A stretch of DNA of 462 nucleotides from Escherichia coli (GTDB lineage: Bacteria; Pseudomonadota; Gammaproteobacteria; Enterobacterales; Enterobacteriaceae), in the NCBI RefSeq assembly GCF_003334315.1, contig NZ_QOWR01000132.1; one strand, written 5' to 3'. Both the position numbers and the translations under genes were made by a program. The number at the start of each line of letters is the position of its first letter. The first letter of the stretch is position 1. Under the pieces are notes generated by a model. It worked only from the letters and a program-made list of their open reading frames with translations. It was not told where the DNA came from and did no database searches. This document shows positions 1-462 of this stretch, piece by piece.

Positions 1-462
1 GTGCAGCTTATTCTCCACGTGCCAGTGGTTTCGGATTGCTGTGGCGAACTTCTCTGCGGTTAAATCAGCAGAACTGATATAATATCTGACCGTCATTTCG
101 AGCTCTTTCTTTTGTTCTGCTATTATGGACCGAAAGGAGACTGCCACGCATAATTTCTTCAGCCCTTTCCATTCAAACGTGAAATCAATAAGTTCATCAG
201 GGACATCGCAAACAATATGAAGACGGATTTCTTCTCTGCCGTGACTCTTTTCACTCATTGCGTAACTGTCATGCGCTGGATTATTTAATTCTTTCAGCGG
301 AAATTTTTCCTCAAAGGCTTTATTTAGCCGCCCCTGGTTTCCTTTTACCGCGAATAAATAATCACCTCCCTGTTTTTGTATCTTCTCTGCAATATCTTTC
401 TGGCAACCCATCGCATCAGTTGTGATGATTTTTCCTTTAATATCCAGCATGTTAAGAAGTTC
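1..462 (-). CDS. ISAs1-family DDE transposase (H-repeat-associated protein), internal fragment; partial at both ends, roughly the central to C-proximal part of a ~375-aa protein
   Basis: Seen in sequence: minus-strand frame beginning at 462 is open for all 154 codons, while plus-strand frames 1 and 2 stop at 61-63 and 89-91. Recognition from memory, not a database search: motifs [46 protein letters not shown] and [12 protein letters not shown] match my recollection of enterobacterial H-repeat / ISEc1 transposases (Pfam DDE_Tnp_1-type domain). The N-terminal part of the protein would lie beyond position 462 and the last ~60 residues beyond position 1. Confidence 0.88.
1..462 (-). mobile_element. 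Internal portion of an ISAs1-family insertion sequence (ISEc1 / H-repeat-like); terminal inverted repeats and target-site duplication are not in the window
   Basis: The transposase ORF fills the entire window. GC of about 41.6% (192/462 by manual count) is typical of H-repeat elements and lower than the ~50% of enterobacterial chromosomes. An IS of ~1.2-1.3 kb would extend several hundred bp past the right edge and a shorter distance past the left edge. Confidence 0.75.

Noticed and set aside
1-63. Plus-strand ORF beginning with GTG at position 1 and ending at TAA 61-63 (20 codons)
   Set aside because: Too short, no upstream context, and antisense to a strongly supported transposase frame. 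It is most likely a chance open stretch.
78-83. Perfect TATAAT hexamer on the plus strand, antisense to the transposase
   Set aside because: No convincing -35 element at 17 bp spacing (the 55-60 region reads TGCGGT). Chance -10-like hexamers are expected in ~42% GC coding sequence. An antisense promoter cannot be excluded but is not supported.
134-139. AAGGAG SD-like motif on the plus strand
   Set aside because: No canonical start codon follows at appropriate spacing (only a CTG at 141-143), and the plus-strand frames here are closed within a short distance.
217-288. Plus-strand ATG ORF (ATG 217-219 to TAA 286-288, 23 codons)
   Set aside because: Short, lacks a properly spaced ribosome-binding site, and lies entirely antisense within the transposase CDS. 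There is no sequence evidence that it is a real gene.
361-369. Strong Shine-Dalgarno-like GGAGGTGAT on the minus strand, inside the CDS
   Set aside because: It encodes in-frame residues (Q-G-G-D-Y) and is not followed by ATG, GTG or TTG at 4-12 nt spacing, so it is not an internal translation start.
1-462. Search for CRISPR repeats, tRNA/ncRNA structure, terminators or tandem repeats
   Set aside because: No direct or inverted repeat of meaningful length and no GC-rich stem followed by a T-tract were seen by eye. The window is fully explained by a single coding frame.

Overview
The whole 462-nt window is an internal fragment of a single protein-coding gene on the minus strand, read in the frame that begins at position 462 and runs down to position 1 (154 sense codons, no stop, both ends leave the window). 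The translation ([154 protein letters not shown]) is recognisable to me as the central and C-terminal part of a DDE transposase of the ISAs1 family, the 'H-repeat-associated protein' of ISEc1-like elements in Enterobacteriaceae (K-12 paralogs such as yhhI, ydcC and ybfD). The paralog cannot be assigned from an internal fragment. Plus-strand frames 1 and 2 hit stops within the first ~90 nt (TAA at 61-63 and at 89-91). GC content counted by hand is 192/462 (about 41.6%), which is AT-rich for an enterobacterial chromosome and consistent with a horizontally acquired insertion sequence. I do not see an undescribed biological system in this window: there is no RNA gene, CRISPR repeat, intergenic region or second gene. 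The window's main value is as a marker that the surrounding DNA is probably accessory.
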